The notes under the pieces are model-generated. The model saw only the letters and a list, made by a program, of their open reading frames with translations, searched no databases and was not told where the DNA came from. Of a stretch of 64,000 nucleotides of DNA, positions 19,876 to 30,025 are shown piece after piece. Origin of the DNA: an uncultured candidatus Porisulfidus sp. GTDB taxonomy: Bacteria > Pseudomonadota > Gammaproteobacteria > Poriferisulfidales > Poriferisulfidaceae. The stretch covers positions 1,440,001-1,504,000 of the forward strand of contig OZ220480.1 in the NCBI GenBank assembly GCA_965116025.1. The letters run 5' to 3'. Within the stretch, counting starts at the first letter, position 1; the number at the start of each line of letters is the position of its first letter. The translations under genes and the position numbers were made by a program.

Positions 19876-21003
19876 TCAGTCCAGCAGTTTCTCGATGATG
19901 GCGAGGTATGTCTCGGCCAGCCGGTCGAGGTCCTCGACCGCCACATGCTCGTCAATCTTGTGGATGCTACGGTTGACGGGGCCGAACTCGACCACCTCGG
20001 CGCCGGTCGGTCGGATGAAGCGTCCGTCCGACGTGCCGCCCTCGGTGCTTAGCTCCGCGTCCGTCCCAAGCGTGGACGATACCGCGTCATGGCAGGCCCG
20101 GGTCAGATCGCCGGGTGGCGTGTGGTAGGGGAGGCTCGCCCTCTGCCACTCGATTCTGAAGTCCAGGTTCGCGTGGGCGAGAATGCCCTCGATTCGCTCG
20201 CGCAGATCGTCGGCTGTGACCGCCGGCGAATAGCGCAGGTTGAAGTCCGCGATCAGCTCGCCCGGGATGACGTTGGACGCGCCGCAACCGCTGTTGAGAT
20301 TGGAGATTTGGAATTGGGTGGGCGGAAAACCCTCGCCGCCCTCGTCCCAGACGGTTCGGGTGAGTTCCACTAGGGCGGGGGCGAAGCGATGGATCGGGTT
20401 GTCGCATAGGGTCGGATAGGCGATGTGGCCCTGCGTGCCTAGCACCGTCAGCCGTCCAGACAGCGAACCGCGGCGGCCGTTCTTGATGACATCGCCGAGT
20501 CGCTCGCGGCAACTTGGCTCACCGACCACGCACCAGACCGGGACTTCCCCACGCTCGCGTAGCCGCTCGATTGCGATCCGGGTGCCGTGCTCGGCGACTC
20601 CTTCCTCGTCGCTGGTCAATAGAAGTCCGAGGGAACCCCCGTGGTCGGGTTTTCGCTCGACGTAGCGAGCGCAAGCGACGGTCATCGCGGCGATGCCGCT
20701 CTTCATGTCCGCCGCGCCGCGACCGTATAGAAGTCCGTCGCGGATGGTTGGGCGGAAGGGGTCGCTGCGCCACGACTCGGGCGGGCCGGTCGGGACGACG
20801 TCGGTGTGTCCGGCGAACATCAGTAGTGGGCCGTTTTCGCCGTGGCGCAACCAAAGATTCTGGACATCTTCGCAGGGCATGGATTCGGCGGCGAATCCAT
20901 GCGGCGCTAGATATTCGGCGACGAGCGCTTGGCATCCCGCGTCTTCTGGCGTGATGGATGGCCGCTTGATCAGAGCGCTGGTGAGGTCTAGGATGTCTGT
21001 CAC
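19876..21003 (-). CDS. dapE: Succinyl-diaminopimelate desuccinylase
   Basis: FAGHTDVVP, GRGAADMK, SDEEG, GRRGS, GGTSDGRF, IHKIDE. GTG start at 21003. Confidence 0.96.
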   Translation of the reverse strand: MTDILDLTSALIKRPSITPEDAGCQALVAEYLAPHGFAAESMPCEDVQNLWLRHGENGPLLMFAGHTDVVPTGPPESWRSDPFRPTIRDGLLYGRGAADMKSGIAAMTVACARYVERKPDHGGSLGLLLTSDEEGVAEHGTRIAIERLRERGEVPVWCVVGEPSCRERLGDVIKNGRRGSLSGRLTVLGTQGHIAYPTLCDNPIHRFAPALVELTRTVWDEGGEGFPPTQFQISNLNSGCGASNVIPGELIADFNLRYSPAVTADDLRERIEGILAHANLDFRIEWQRASLPYHTPPGDLTRACHDAVSSTLGTDAELSTEGGTSDGRFIRPTGAEVVEFGPVNRSIHKIDEHVAVEDLDRLAETYLAIIEKLLD

Positions 21004-21004
21004 G

Positions 21005-21361
21005 CTATCGTTCCAGCGTTCGGGCCCACTCGGCTTCGTCGAAACCCACGCGCAACGCGCCATCGGTTTCCAGCAACGGGCGCTTCAGCAGGGTTGGATG
21101 CTCCAGTAGCAACTCGACGGCGGTCATGTTGGTCATGTCTACGCGGGCGCGCTCCGACAATCTCCTCCAGGTCGCGGAGCGGCGGTTCAGCAACGCGTCT
21201 GAGCCAAGTCGGGCGATCCAGCCTTCCACTAGGGGGCGCGTCAGCCCATCGGCGCGAACGTCGTGGAAGCGATAGTCGATATCGTTTCGGGCGAGCCACC
21301 CTCGCGCCGCCCGGACCCGGTCGCAGTTTGGGATGCCGTAGACGACCGTCGCTTGGCTCAT
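21005..21361 (-). CDS. ArsC/Spx-family (YffB-like) protein
   Basis: YGIPNCD...AR.WL, LLNRRS.TWR, PTLLKRP; sits between dapD and dapE. Confidence 0.9.
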   Translation of the reverse strand: MSQATVVYGIPNCDRVRAARGWLARNDIDYRFHDVRADGLTRPLVEGWIARLGSDALLNRRSATWRRLSERARVDMTNMTAVELLLEHPTLLKRPLLETDGALRVGFDEAEWARTLER

Positions 21362-22185
21362 CCGTCGACGGCCTCGCGCAGAAGGGCGTTGATACCGACC
21401 TTGCTACGGGTCTTCTCGTCAACTTGCTTGACGATCACCGCGCAGGCCAGGCTGTAGCGGCCATCGGAGGCGGGTAGCGAGCCCGGCACGACCACGGCTC
21501 CCGGGGGAACTCGGCCATAGAGAATCTCGTCGCGCGCGCGGTCGTAGACGCGAGTGCTCTGGCCGATGAACACGCCCATAGAGATGACCGCGCCGCGTCC
21601 GACGATCACGCCCTCCACGATCTCCGAGCGAGCGCCGATGAAGCAGTCGTCCTCGATGATCGTGGGGGCGGCCTGCAGGGGTTCCAGCACGCCGCCGATT
21701 CCAACGCCGCCGGAGAGGTGGACATTCTTGCCGATCTGGGCGCAGGAGCCGACCGTCGCCCAGGTATCGACCATGGTTCCTGAATCGACGTAGGCCCCAA
21801 TGTTCACGAAACTAGGCATCAGCACCACCCCGGGGGCCAGATAGCTGCCGAAGCGCGCCGTCGCCGGGGGCACCACCCGGACTCCGCAACGTTCCAGATC
21901 TTCGCGAGCGCAGGCGGCGAAACGCCCCGGCACTTTGTCGCGATAGCGGGTATGCCCGGCCTCGATGATCTCATTGTCGGCGATGCGGAATGACAGGAGC
22001 ACGGCTTTCTTGAGCCATTCGCGCACCACCCAGCCACCCGCGGCGGGTTCAGCGACCCGCAGGCGGCCGTCGTTAAGTCCTCGCAAGGCTTCCTGGACAG
22101 CATCGCGCACCTCGACGGGCGCGGAGGATGGCGTCAGGCTCGCGCGTTCATCGAACGCCCGCTCAATGGTGGACTGGAGGTTCAT
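21358..22185 (-). CDS. dapD: Tetrahydrodipicolinate N-succinyltransferase
   Basis: [32 protein letters not shown] hexapeptide repeats. Confidence 0.97.
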   Translation of the reverse strand: MNLQSTIERAFDERASLTPSSAPVEVRDAVQEALRGLNDGRLRVAEPAAGGWVVREWLKKAVLLSFRIADNEIIEAGHTRYRDKVPGRFAACAREDLERCGVRVVPPATARFGSYLAPGVVLMPSFVNIGAYVDSGTMVDTWATVGSCAQIGKNVHLSGGVGIGGVLEPLQAAPTIIEDDCFIGARSEIVEGVIVGRGAVISMGVFIGQSTRVYDRARDEILYGRVPPGAVVVPGSLPASDGRYSLACAVIVKQVDEKTRSKVGINALLREAVDG

Positions 22186-22312
22186 GGCAGGGAGCTGGTC
22201 TATGACTATGGCCGTTGATTTTACAGGAAGACCGCGGAGGCCGCCCTAAAAAAGTTCCGGAGTCTTGTATAATCCGCGCCTGACCGCATCATTGTTGCAG
22301 GGAAATTCCACC

Positions 22313-25300
22313 ATGAGATATTATCTGACCGCTTCCAATGCCGCTCACACCTCGTCGCACGCCGCCTCGTCGTCTTCCGGCGTAGGGGGGGGGGGGGGGG
22401 GGGGGGCATAGCCCTCGTTTCTTGACCGTTCTGGCCGGCTTCACGGCCTTTCTCTCGCTTCCACTGATCCCGTCCTCCGTCGAAGCGGAGGAGTGCGGCG
22501 ATGTCAGCACCACCAAAACGGTCACCTGCGACGCCGCGACCTACGGCGGCACCAGCGCCACCGATGCCAACCCCATCGAGTACACGGGTCAAACGGGCGG
22601 TCTGACGCTGACCGTGAGGCCTTCCGGGGAGATGACGACCATCAAGTCGTTCCTTCCTCCCGAGAATCCCGCCACCTCTCCCGCTGATCTCACCCAAGGC
22701 CGAAATTCCGGGATCATCGTGATCGGTCGCGGGGCGTTGACGGTCAAGCTGGAAGGCAAGGCGAGGATCGTGAACGAGGCGGGGTGGACGAATACGGCGG
22801 GCACGTACTCTTCTGGTAGCCAACAATACAGCGCGACCTTCATCGAACCCCGGTATCGGCGGGGTAGCAGGAACTACGGGATCGTTGTCGAGAATGACGA
22901 AGCCGGCTTGAGCTCAAGGACGGACAAGATCGAGATCGTGATCGGGGCCGAGGCGCGGATCGGCACTGAGGAGATTCCGGTGGGGCGTTATGGGGTGTTC
23001 GCGTATTACAGAAACGCGTCCGCCGAGGGCGACATGTTGATCGTGAACCGGGGCGAGATTTACGGATATTACCGAGGAATCTACGCGCACCACGAAGGGT
23101 CTGGAGATATCACCGTCGAGACGGCGAAGGGTAGCGTGACCAGTAAGGGGATTTTAGTCAATACGTCCAATAGTGGAGAGGGAGGGGACATCCGCGTCAC
23201 GAACCACGGGACGCTCCAGAGTCCGAGGCAACGACCGCTGTACGCGAAAACGCTCTCGGGCGGAGAGGCCACGCTGTATGATGGTGATATTCCGCTCTAC
23301 AATCAAGATGGCATTCAAGTCCAACACAGGGACGAGACCGAGGGCGCCGCCGATAACCCCAGCAGCACGATCACGATCACCTCGAGCGGAGATATTCGGG
23401 CCCGCAGGTATGGCATCAGCATCGTTACGCGAGGGGACGAGGATTCCGTGGTTCCGGTGACGGTGGACGTGACGGGTGGCGTCATCACGGCGGGCGAGGC
23501 GGACAAGCGGAGAGAGGGGGAATTGGGGAACGGAATTTACGTTCATTCCGATTCCCACAGCGGTGGGCTCATCAAGGTGGATCTCGCGGGCGAGATCGCC
23601 TGGACGGGGATTGAGGGAGACGGGATCTACGTCTACCGGACCAACTCGGCTGATTCCGACGACCCGGCCAATCAGGATGTCGAGGTGACGCTGAAGTCTG
23701 GCGCGCGGATTGGCATGAATGGGGACGAGCCGACCGTGGGCAGGCACGGCGTATGGATCGAGCAGTGGGCTCACGGGGGAACGCTCCGGGTGACCATCTC
23801 CGAGGGGGCGAGGATCGGGACCACGGAGACTCCAGTTGGCGTGCATGGGGTGCTCCTCGAGACCGACCACAGGGATGATGAGAACGACATGATGATCTCC
23901 AACAAAGGCTTGGTTCACGCGAGAAGTTCCGGGCTAGTCGGTTGGAACCATGGTTGGGGAAACGTGGTCGTGGAGCACCTGAAAGGCGAGATCATCGCGG
24001 GCGACGCGCCCAACTTGTTCGAGAATCTAGGGGAAGATGACCAAACGCAGCTGGTGCTGAAGCCCCGGACCGCCGGCATCTTCGCTTTCCATGGAGGCTC
24101 GAAGCTCCAGACGCTTCCCGGCGAGACGTTCGAAGACAACGACCCCTCCACCTACACAGCCGAGGTCGGAGAGATCAAGATCACGTCGAAGGCGGACATC
24201 ACGTCGAAGGGCGACGGCGTTCTCGCCTATGTCAAAGACATTGATGTTCCAAACGATATCGTGTTCATCCCGATCATGATCGACGTTGCGGGCGGGACGA
24301 TCACGGCGGACGGGCATGGGGTTTACGCGGAGACGGCCACTACCTACGAGGACGAGGACGCGCCGAAAGCTGGGAGGATAGAGGTCACGGTGGGGGAGAT
24401 GGCGACGATCCGTGCCAAGAAGGACGGGGTGCATGTCAAGGGCATGCGGACCTTCGCGTCCGACCACGCCCGGAAGGGGCAATACGACCAGACGGTCACC
24501 ATCAACGGCAAGGTGATGGGCGGCGGTGGAGACCACGCCGGCGTTCGGGTGGTGAAGGGCGGGACGCTGGTGATCGGGAGCGGCGGGCCGGAGGCGCGGC
24601 TCGGGGCGGCCTCGGGCGTGGCGGTCCACGCGGACGGGGCTCTGACCATCACGATGAGCAAGACCGCCGACGGGCGCATCGGCTGGGTCGTGGGGAAGAT
24701 CCAGAACGGCGACAGTGGTGACACGACCTTCGCGGGCGTGGAAGTGGGGAAGACGTACCTTCTTCAGGATTGGGAGGAGACGAAGGGGATATACGACACG
24801 ACGATCGAGCGGAAGGTGACCTTGAGGGAATACGCGGACGAGGACTATCACGAGTTCGAGCTGGTGTCTCAAGAGGAGATCGTTCGGGAGTACCATGATC
24901 GGGCTCGGGTGTACGAGGCGCTGCCGTCGGTGCTGCTGGAGATGAGCGCGCCGGGCGGTCGTCAGGCGCGGTTGTCGGCGACGCGGGACGGCGGGGGCGC
25001 GTGGGCGCGGGTTTTGGCGAGCGACGGCGAGCGTGAGGCGGAGACGTCCACGACGGCGATGGACACGGCGGGGCATGATCTGTCTTGGGACTTCGAGCGC
25101 TGGGGCGTGGAGACGGGCTTCGCCGTTCCCACGGACCTGCCAGGCGTGACGCTGGGGGTGAGCGCGCATTATCGAGACGGCGAGGCGGACGTCGAGCGCG
25201 GCGGGAAGATCGAGGTCTCGGGCGTGGGCGTTGGGGCTTCGGCGACCTGGCGTGGTGAGGACGGCTGGTACGCGGACGGGGAGCTCTCGTACACGCGTTT

Positions 25301-25796
25301 CGAGGATGTCGATTTGAGTTCGGAGGCGCGCGGGATGGTGGCGTCCGGTCTGGACGGAGACGGCCACGCGATCGGCGTGGAGGTCGGCAGGCGGCTGGAG
25401 ATGGACGGCTTCGCGCTGGTTCCGCGCGGAGGATTGACGTGGACTTGGGTGGACGTCGATGGCTTCGATGACGTGTCGGGCGTTACGGGTAGCGGTCGGG
25501 TGTCGTTCCGCTCGGAAGACAGCGCGCGGGCGCGGGTTGGAATGTTGCTGGAGAATGGCCAGACGTACGCCTCATTGGACGTGGAGCGTGAGCTGTCGGA
25601 GAGCCGGGAGGTGATGGCGTCGGGGTCGCGCTTGCGCTCGGAGGTGGAGTCTACGTGGGCGCGCGTGGGCGTTGGGGGCGTGATGGTCTTGGATGAGAAG
25701 GGAGAGTCGACGCTCTCGGGGGAGGCGCACTACGCGGCGTCGGACGGCGACAATGAGGATTATGGCGCGAGCGTCCTGCTGAAGGTTCGCTTCTGA
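22313..25796 (+). CDS. Autotransporter paralog 1, frameshifted at the poly-G tract as assembled (putative phase-OFF)
   Basis: ATG 22313 reads MRYYLTASNAAHTSSHAASSSSGV-G7-A-stop with 22 G. With 21 G it joins ORF 22422-25796 to give about 1160 aa. Beta-helix-like passenger and C-terminal barrel ending YGASVLLKVRF. Confidence 0.85.
22385..22406 (+). repeat. Poly-G tract (22 G), out of frame
   Basis: CGTA-G22-CATAGCC, counted directly. Confidence 0.95.
24381..25796 (+). repeat. Near-identical 1416-bp block shared by the three autotransporters (copy 1)
   Basis: Collinear without net indels with 34023-35438 and 60283-61698; 24604-24715 is identical in all three. Confidence 0.93.
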
Positions 25797-25812
25797 TCAG
25801 ACGTGTGATCGC

Positions 25813-25836
25813 GGCCCCGGCGCTCAAGCCGGGGCC
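25813..25836 (+). terminator. GC-rich hairpin 3' of autotransporter 1
   Basis: Stem GGCCCCGGC/GCCGGGGCC with a 6-nt loop; no strong U-tract. Confidence 0.55.
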
Positions 25837-25947
25837 CGCGTGGCGCGGTATCAAAACAGGAAGCATGCGCCGGAAGAATAGAGCGAACGGTGGCGGTTGG
25901 TCAGGAAGCGGCCGATCCGTCCTTGCGGCTCCGCCATGAAGCTCTCC

Positions 25948-28590
25948 TTATTCGCGCGCCGTGGCTCCAAGCCGTTCAATGCGCTCACGCATGGCATTCA
26001 CGATGCGGTGCTGGGCTTTGGGGTCGAGAATAGGGCGGGATTCCATATCGGTGACGGTGAACACATCCCGCGCTTGCGCGCCCAAGGTGGTGATGCGCGC
26101 TCGGGTGATGCGTGCCTGGCACTGGTCCAGGGCTCGGCTGACGGTCCACAGGAGTCCGGGGTGGTCGGAGGCCGAGAGATGGATCCGGGTTTCGGTCGGG
26201 TTCTCGTGGCATGCGAATTCGATCTCGGTTGGGAGATCGAAGTGCCGGGTCCGGCGTTTCGGCCGGCGTAGCACTGGACGGTCGAAGTCTTTCGGCGAGC
26301 GGATCACGCCTCGCAGAGTCTCAAGCAACTCGTCCAGCGCGCGGCGGTTGTGGATCGGCATTCCTTCGGTGTCGGTCACTAGGAAAGTCTGCAAGATGTG
26401 GCGCTCGCGAGTCTCGGTAACGCGCGCGTAGAGCACGTTCAGGCTGAGCCGGGCCAAGGCCGCCGTGATTGAGGCGAACATGGGGGCGTGACTTTCGTCG
26501 TGGATCAGGATCTCCGTGCAGTGGTGCTCGCCCTGGTGGCGCGCGAACGCTTGGGTTGGGATGTCGGGCGCGCGAGTGAGGACGCGCTCGGTCTGCCAGG
26601 CCAAGTCGTCGTCAGTATAGTGCAACAGGTCGCCATCGCGCAGAGAACTCCAGAAGCGAAGGCAGTCGGACTCGGAGCAGACCAAGATCTTTTCCAGTGC
26701 TGAAGTCTTAAGCTCGCGGATTAGCTGGGCCGCGTCGAGCGGCTGGTCAAGGCCTCGCCGCAATTGCCGGTCGGCCGCGTCGTACAGCTGGCGCAGGAGC
26801 GCCTCGCGCCAGGGTGTCCAGAGCGCCGGGTTGGTTCCACGCAAGTCGGCGACGGTCAGCAGGAAAAGGCCGCGCAAACGTATCCCGTTGCCAACCCGTG
26901 CAGCGAACTCGCGCGCTACGTCCGGGTCGCCGATATCGCGCTTTTGCGAGGTCATCGACATCATCAGGTGCCGCTCGACCAGCCAGCGCACCATGCCGGA
27001 GTCGTAGGCGCTCAGGCGGTGTTCGCGGCAGAAATCCTGGGCGAGTGTGCCGCCAATCTCGGAATGGTCTCCACCGCGCCCTTTTCCAATGTCATGAAAC
27101 AGTGCCGCGAGGTACAGCAACTCCGGCTTGGGAAATTGGCGGAACAGTTCATGGTAGAGGGGGTTCTCGCCTTTCCGCGGTGGCTTAGCGAGCCGCCGCA
27201 GCTCGGTCAGCACCTGCAAGGTGTGCTCGTCCACCGGGTGGATGTGGAATAGATCGTATTGCATCATGCCGACTGTCCGTCCGAAATCCGGCCAGTACCG
27301 GGCGAGGACCCCGTAGCGGTGCATGCGCCGAAACTCCCGGGCGATATGCCAGGGTTGGCGCAAGATGTCCAAAAACAGATCCTGGTTGGCGGGGCGGGCG
27401 CGGAAGGCATCGTCGATACGGTGCAGGTTGGCGCGGACCGCTCGAATGACGCGTGCCCGCGCACCTTGGATTTCTGGATGCCGCTGCAGGAGCAGGAACA
27501 GTTCCAGCAACCCTTGAGGGTGGCGCTTGAAGACATCGTCGTCACGGATTTCCAGGTAGCCGTCACGTTCCTGGAAACAGGCGCTCAGGCTTCGTGGCGC
27601 GCGGTGGCTGGGAGGACGCAGGCTTTCGCGGTACTGCTGGATCAGGACCTCGGCGAGACGGTCGACCTCGCTGGTCGAGCGGTAGAAATCCCGCATGAAC
27701 GCCTCGATCATATCGTTGACGGTGTCGCCTCGGTAGCCGAGTCGCTTGGCGACCGTGTGCTGGTAGTCGAATAGCAAACGCTCTTCGGCCTGGCCACTGG
27801 CTTCATGCAGGGCGAAACGCGTCCGCCACAGGAATCGCTTTCCTTCGCGCAACAGATCCAACTCTCGCGGTTCGCAGAATTCCGAGGGACTGGCGATATC
27901 CGGGCGCCGCCGCAAGATCCAGTCGAGGGTCTGGATATCGCGCAATCCACCGGGCCCCTCCTTGATGTTCGGCTCCAACTGGTAGCTGTCGCCGCCAAAT
28001 CGCTGGTGGCGGGTCTTTCGCTCCTCGACCTTGCCTTCGAAGAAGCGCTCCGGAGTCCACAAAGGAGCCTGGAGCAATCCGGTCCGGGGGATCAAGTTGT
28101 CCTCCAGCTCGCGCGCGAGCCGGAGATCCCCGCGCAACGGTCTCACCTCGAGCCAGCTGGTCATCAGCGTGATGTCGGCGCGGGCGTCGTCGCGGCATTG
28201 GCGGACGGTGCGCGCGCTCTGCGAGAGCCTCAGCCCGCTGTCCCACAGAGTCTGGAAGAACGGGCCCAAGGCTCGCGGCGCGGCGCGTCCCCGGTACAGC
28301 GCCAGGATATCAATGTCGGACTGGGGATGCAGCTCACCTCGGCCATAGCCGCCAACCGCGAGCAAGGCGAGGTCGCTTTCCTCGTCCATGCCTCCCGCGC
28401 TCCACAGCGCCCGCAACATCCGGTCGACGAGAGCGGCCCGGGCGCGAACCAGATCGTCGATGTCGCTCTGCAGGAAGCGTCGCGACAGAAATCGCTGGGT
28501 CTTTTCGGACCACCGTTTCCAGCCCGCGGGATTCGCGCCGCGCGGCAAAGGGCATGCGTCAAGGCATGCGCGGATCAGGGAGGAACTCAC
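25948..28590 (-). CDS. glnD: Bifunctional PII uridylyltransferase/uridylyl-removing enzyme
   Basis: AVGGYGRGELHPQSDIDIL NTase motif, EPNIKEGPGGLRD, HD domain LFHDIGKG, two ACT domains. Confidence 0.96.
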   Translation of the reverse strand: MSSSLIRACLDACPLPRGANPAGWKRWSEKTQRFLSRRFLQSDIDDLVRARAALVDRMLRALWSAGGMDEESDLALLAVGGYGRGELHPQSDIDILALYRGRAAPRALGPFFQTLWDSGLRLSQSARTVRQCRDDARADITLMTSWLEVRPLRGDLRLARELEDNLIPRTGLLQAPLWTPERFFEGKVEERKTRHQRFGGDSYQLEPNIKEGPGGLRDIQTLDWILRRRPDIASPSEFCEPRELDLLREGKRFLWRTRFALHEASGQAEERLLFDYQHTVAKRLGYRGDTVNDMIEAFMRDFYRSTSEVDRLAEVLIQQYRESLRPPSHRAPRSLSACFQERDGYLEIRDDDVFKRHPQGLLELFLLLQRHPEIQGARARVIRAVRANLHRIDDAFRARPANQDLFLDILRQPWHIAREFRRMHRYGVLARYWPDFGRTVGMMQYDLFHIHPVDEHTLQVLTELRRLAKPPRKGENPLYHELFRQFPKPELLYLAALFHDIGKGRGGDHSEIGGTLAQDFCREHRLSAYDSGMVRWLVERHLMMSMTSQKRDIGDPDVAREFAARVGNGIRLRGLFLLTVADLRGTNPALWTPWREALLRQLYDAADRQLRRGLDQPLDAAQLIRELKTSALEKILVCSESDCLRFWSSLRDGDLLHYTDDDLAWQTERVLTRAPDIPTQAFARHQGEHHCTEILIHDESHAPMFASITAALARLSLNVLYARVTETRERHILQTFLVTDTEGMPIHNRRALDELLETLRGVIRSPKDFDRPVLRRPKRRTRHFDLPTEIEFACHENPTETRIHLSASDHPGLLWTVSRALDQCQARITRARITTLGAQARDVFTVTDMESRPILDPKAQHRIVNAMRERIERLGATARE

Positions 28591-29357
28591 GAGAATCGTT
28601 CATCGGGACGGGCGGTCAGTACCTCGAAGCCATTCTCGGTGACCAAGACGGTGTGTTCCCACTGGGCCGACAGACTATGGTCGCGGGTCACCACGGTCCA
28701 CCGGTCCGGCAACAGCCTTACTTCCGGTAGTCCGGCGTTGATCATGGGCTCGATAGTGAAGGTCATGCCGGGTTTGAGCATAATTCCAATGCCGGGTTCG
28801 CCGAAGTGCAGCACTTGCGGGTCTTCGTGGAATTCGCGACCGATGCCATGGCCGCAGTACTCGCGCACCACGGAAAGGCCATGACCTTCCGCGAAACTCT
28901 GGATGGCGTGGCCGAGGTCGCCGAGGCGGACGACCGGGCGCACCATGCGGATCGCGCGAAGCATCGCCTCGTAGGTCAAGTCGACCAGCCGCCGCGCCTG
29001 CACCGACGGTTTGCCGAGCAGGAACATGCGGCTGGTGTCTCCATGGTAGCCGTCCTTGATCACGGTAACATCGATATTGAGGATATCGCCGCGCTTGAGC
29101 GCGCGCTCTCCTGGGATGCCGTGGCACACCTGATGGTTGAGCGTGGTGCAGATGGATTTTGGAAAGCCGCGGTAGTTGAGCGGGGCCGGGATCGCGCCTT
29201 GCTTCTCCGTGATGTGGTGGTGGCACAGCTCGTTTAGATGGTCCGTGGTGACTCCGACCTTGACATGCTCGGCGATCATTTCCAGCACTTCCGCGGCGAG
29301 GCGCCCGGCGACCCGCATCTTCTCGATCTCTTCGGGAGTCTTTATGGTGATGGGCAT
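28587..29357 (-). CDS. map: Methionine aminopeptidase type I
   Basis: CHGIP, NIDVT, HGDTS, GHGIG..FHE.P, FTIEPMIN, SAQWEHT. Confidence 0.98.
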   Translation of the reverse strand: MPITIKTPEEIEKMRVAGRLAAEVLEMIAEHVKVGVTTDHLNELCHHHITEKQGAIPAPLNYRGFPKSICTTLNHQVCHGIPGERALKRGDILNIDVTVIKDGYHGDTSRMFLLGKPSVQARRLVDLTYEAMLRAIRMVRPVVRLGDLGHAIQSFAEGHGLSVVREYCGHGIGREFHEDPQVLHFGEPGIGIMLKPGMTFTIEPMINAGLPEVRLLPDRWTVVTRDHSLSAQWEHTVLVTENGFEVLTARPDERFS

Positions 29358-29439
29358 GGGGCGATGGCGTCGGAATGGCTCATTTATGCTTATTATGCGT
29401 CACGCGCTCGCCGATGGCCGAAGTGACCGTCATTTTCGT

Positions 29440-29470
29440 CATCATTTGGTGCATGATTATGATGTCATCA
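29440..29470. promoter_or_regulatory. Palindromic putative operator of the vapBC operon
   Basis: CATCAT...ATGATG inverted pair (29440-29445 and 29459-29464) plus TGATG-T-CATCA (29460-29470), just upstream of the GGAGG RBS. Confidence 0.45.
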
Positions 29471-29486
29471 TGAGTGGAGGCCCGTA

Positions 29487-29682
29487 GTGAGAACGATCCT
29501 GAACATTGACGAGACGCTTTTGGCTCAGGCACGGCTTCTGACCGATATCGAATCGAAGTCGAAGCTGGTTCGCGAGGTGCCGGTCGCGCGCTGGTGGAAC
29601 GGGATAGCGCGCGTCATCTCGCGCGTCTCGACGGTAGTCAGCTAAGTCTACAGGACGTTTCGCTCCGGAGCCTAACCGATGA
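29487..29682 (+). pseudogene. vapB: VapB-family antitoxin, frameshifted
   Basis: GTG 29487 gives MRTILNIDETLLAQARLLTDIESKSKLVRE. The expected continuation LVERDSARHLARLDGSQ is in a different frame. End is approximate. Confidence 0.75.
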
Positions 29683-30023
29683 TTCTGGTTGGCGCGTCCG
29701 TTTAGGTCGAGCGCTTTCGCGGCGGCAACGAGTCTCTGTCGCGCTTGCTTGGCGACGGTCAGGTGGGAATTCATCCTTTCGTGATCGGCGAGATCGCCTG
29801 CGGCGATTTCACGGCGCGTGGGGAGATCCTGTCGATGCTTGAGTGCCTTCCCGCCATGCCCGTGGCGACGCGTTCCGAAGCGTTATTCTTTCTGGAGCGG
29901 AATCATATCGGAGGGAACGGTATCGGCTACGCGGAGAAGGGTTTGCTCAACGAGTGTACGCGTGGGAAGACGGTCGCCTTGGATATCCGGCGAATTTCCG
30001 CCCCCTTTCGCTCGTGCCCTTGA
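29679..30023 (+). pseudogene. vapC: VapC/PIN-domain toxin, inactivated
   Basis: MILVGASV*VERFR...HPFVIGEIACG...GIGY. The usual MILVDTSVW has D replaced by G and W replaced by TAG (29703-29705). Confidence 0.8.
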
Positions 30024-30025
30024 AA

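Noticed and set aside
24027-25367. Long antisense ORFs conserved across the three autotransporters (also 33936-35558 and 59914-61269)
   Set aside because: These are shadow ORFs of high-GC codon usage. Their similarity simply reflects the DNA repeat, and their ends differ between copies.
22422-25796. TTG 22422 as the true start of autotransporter 1
   Set aside because: It falls inside the signal-peptide h-region shared with the paralogs, removes the charged n-region and lacks a properly spaced RBS. ATG 22313 with a frameshift fits the paralogs better.
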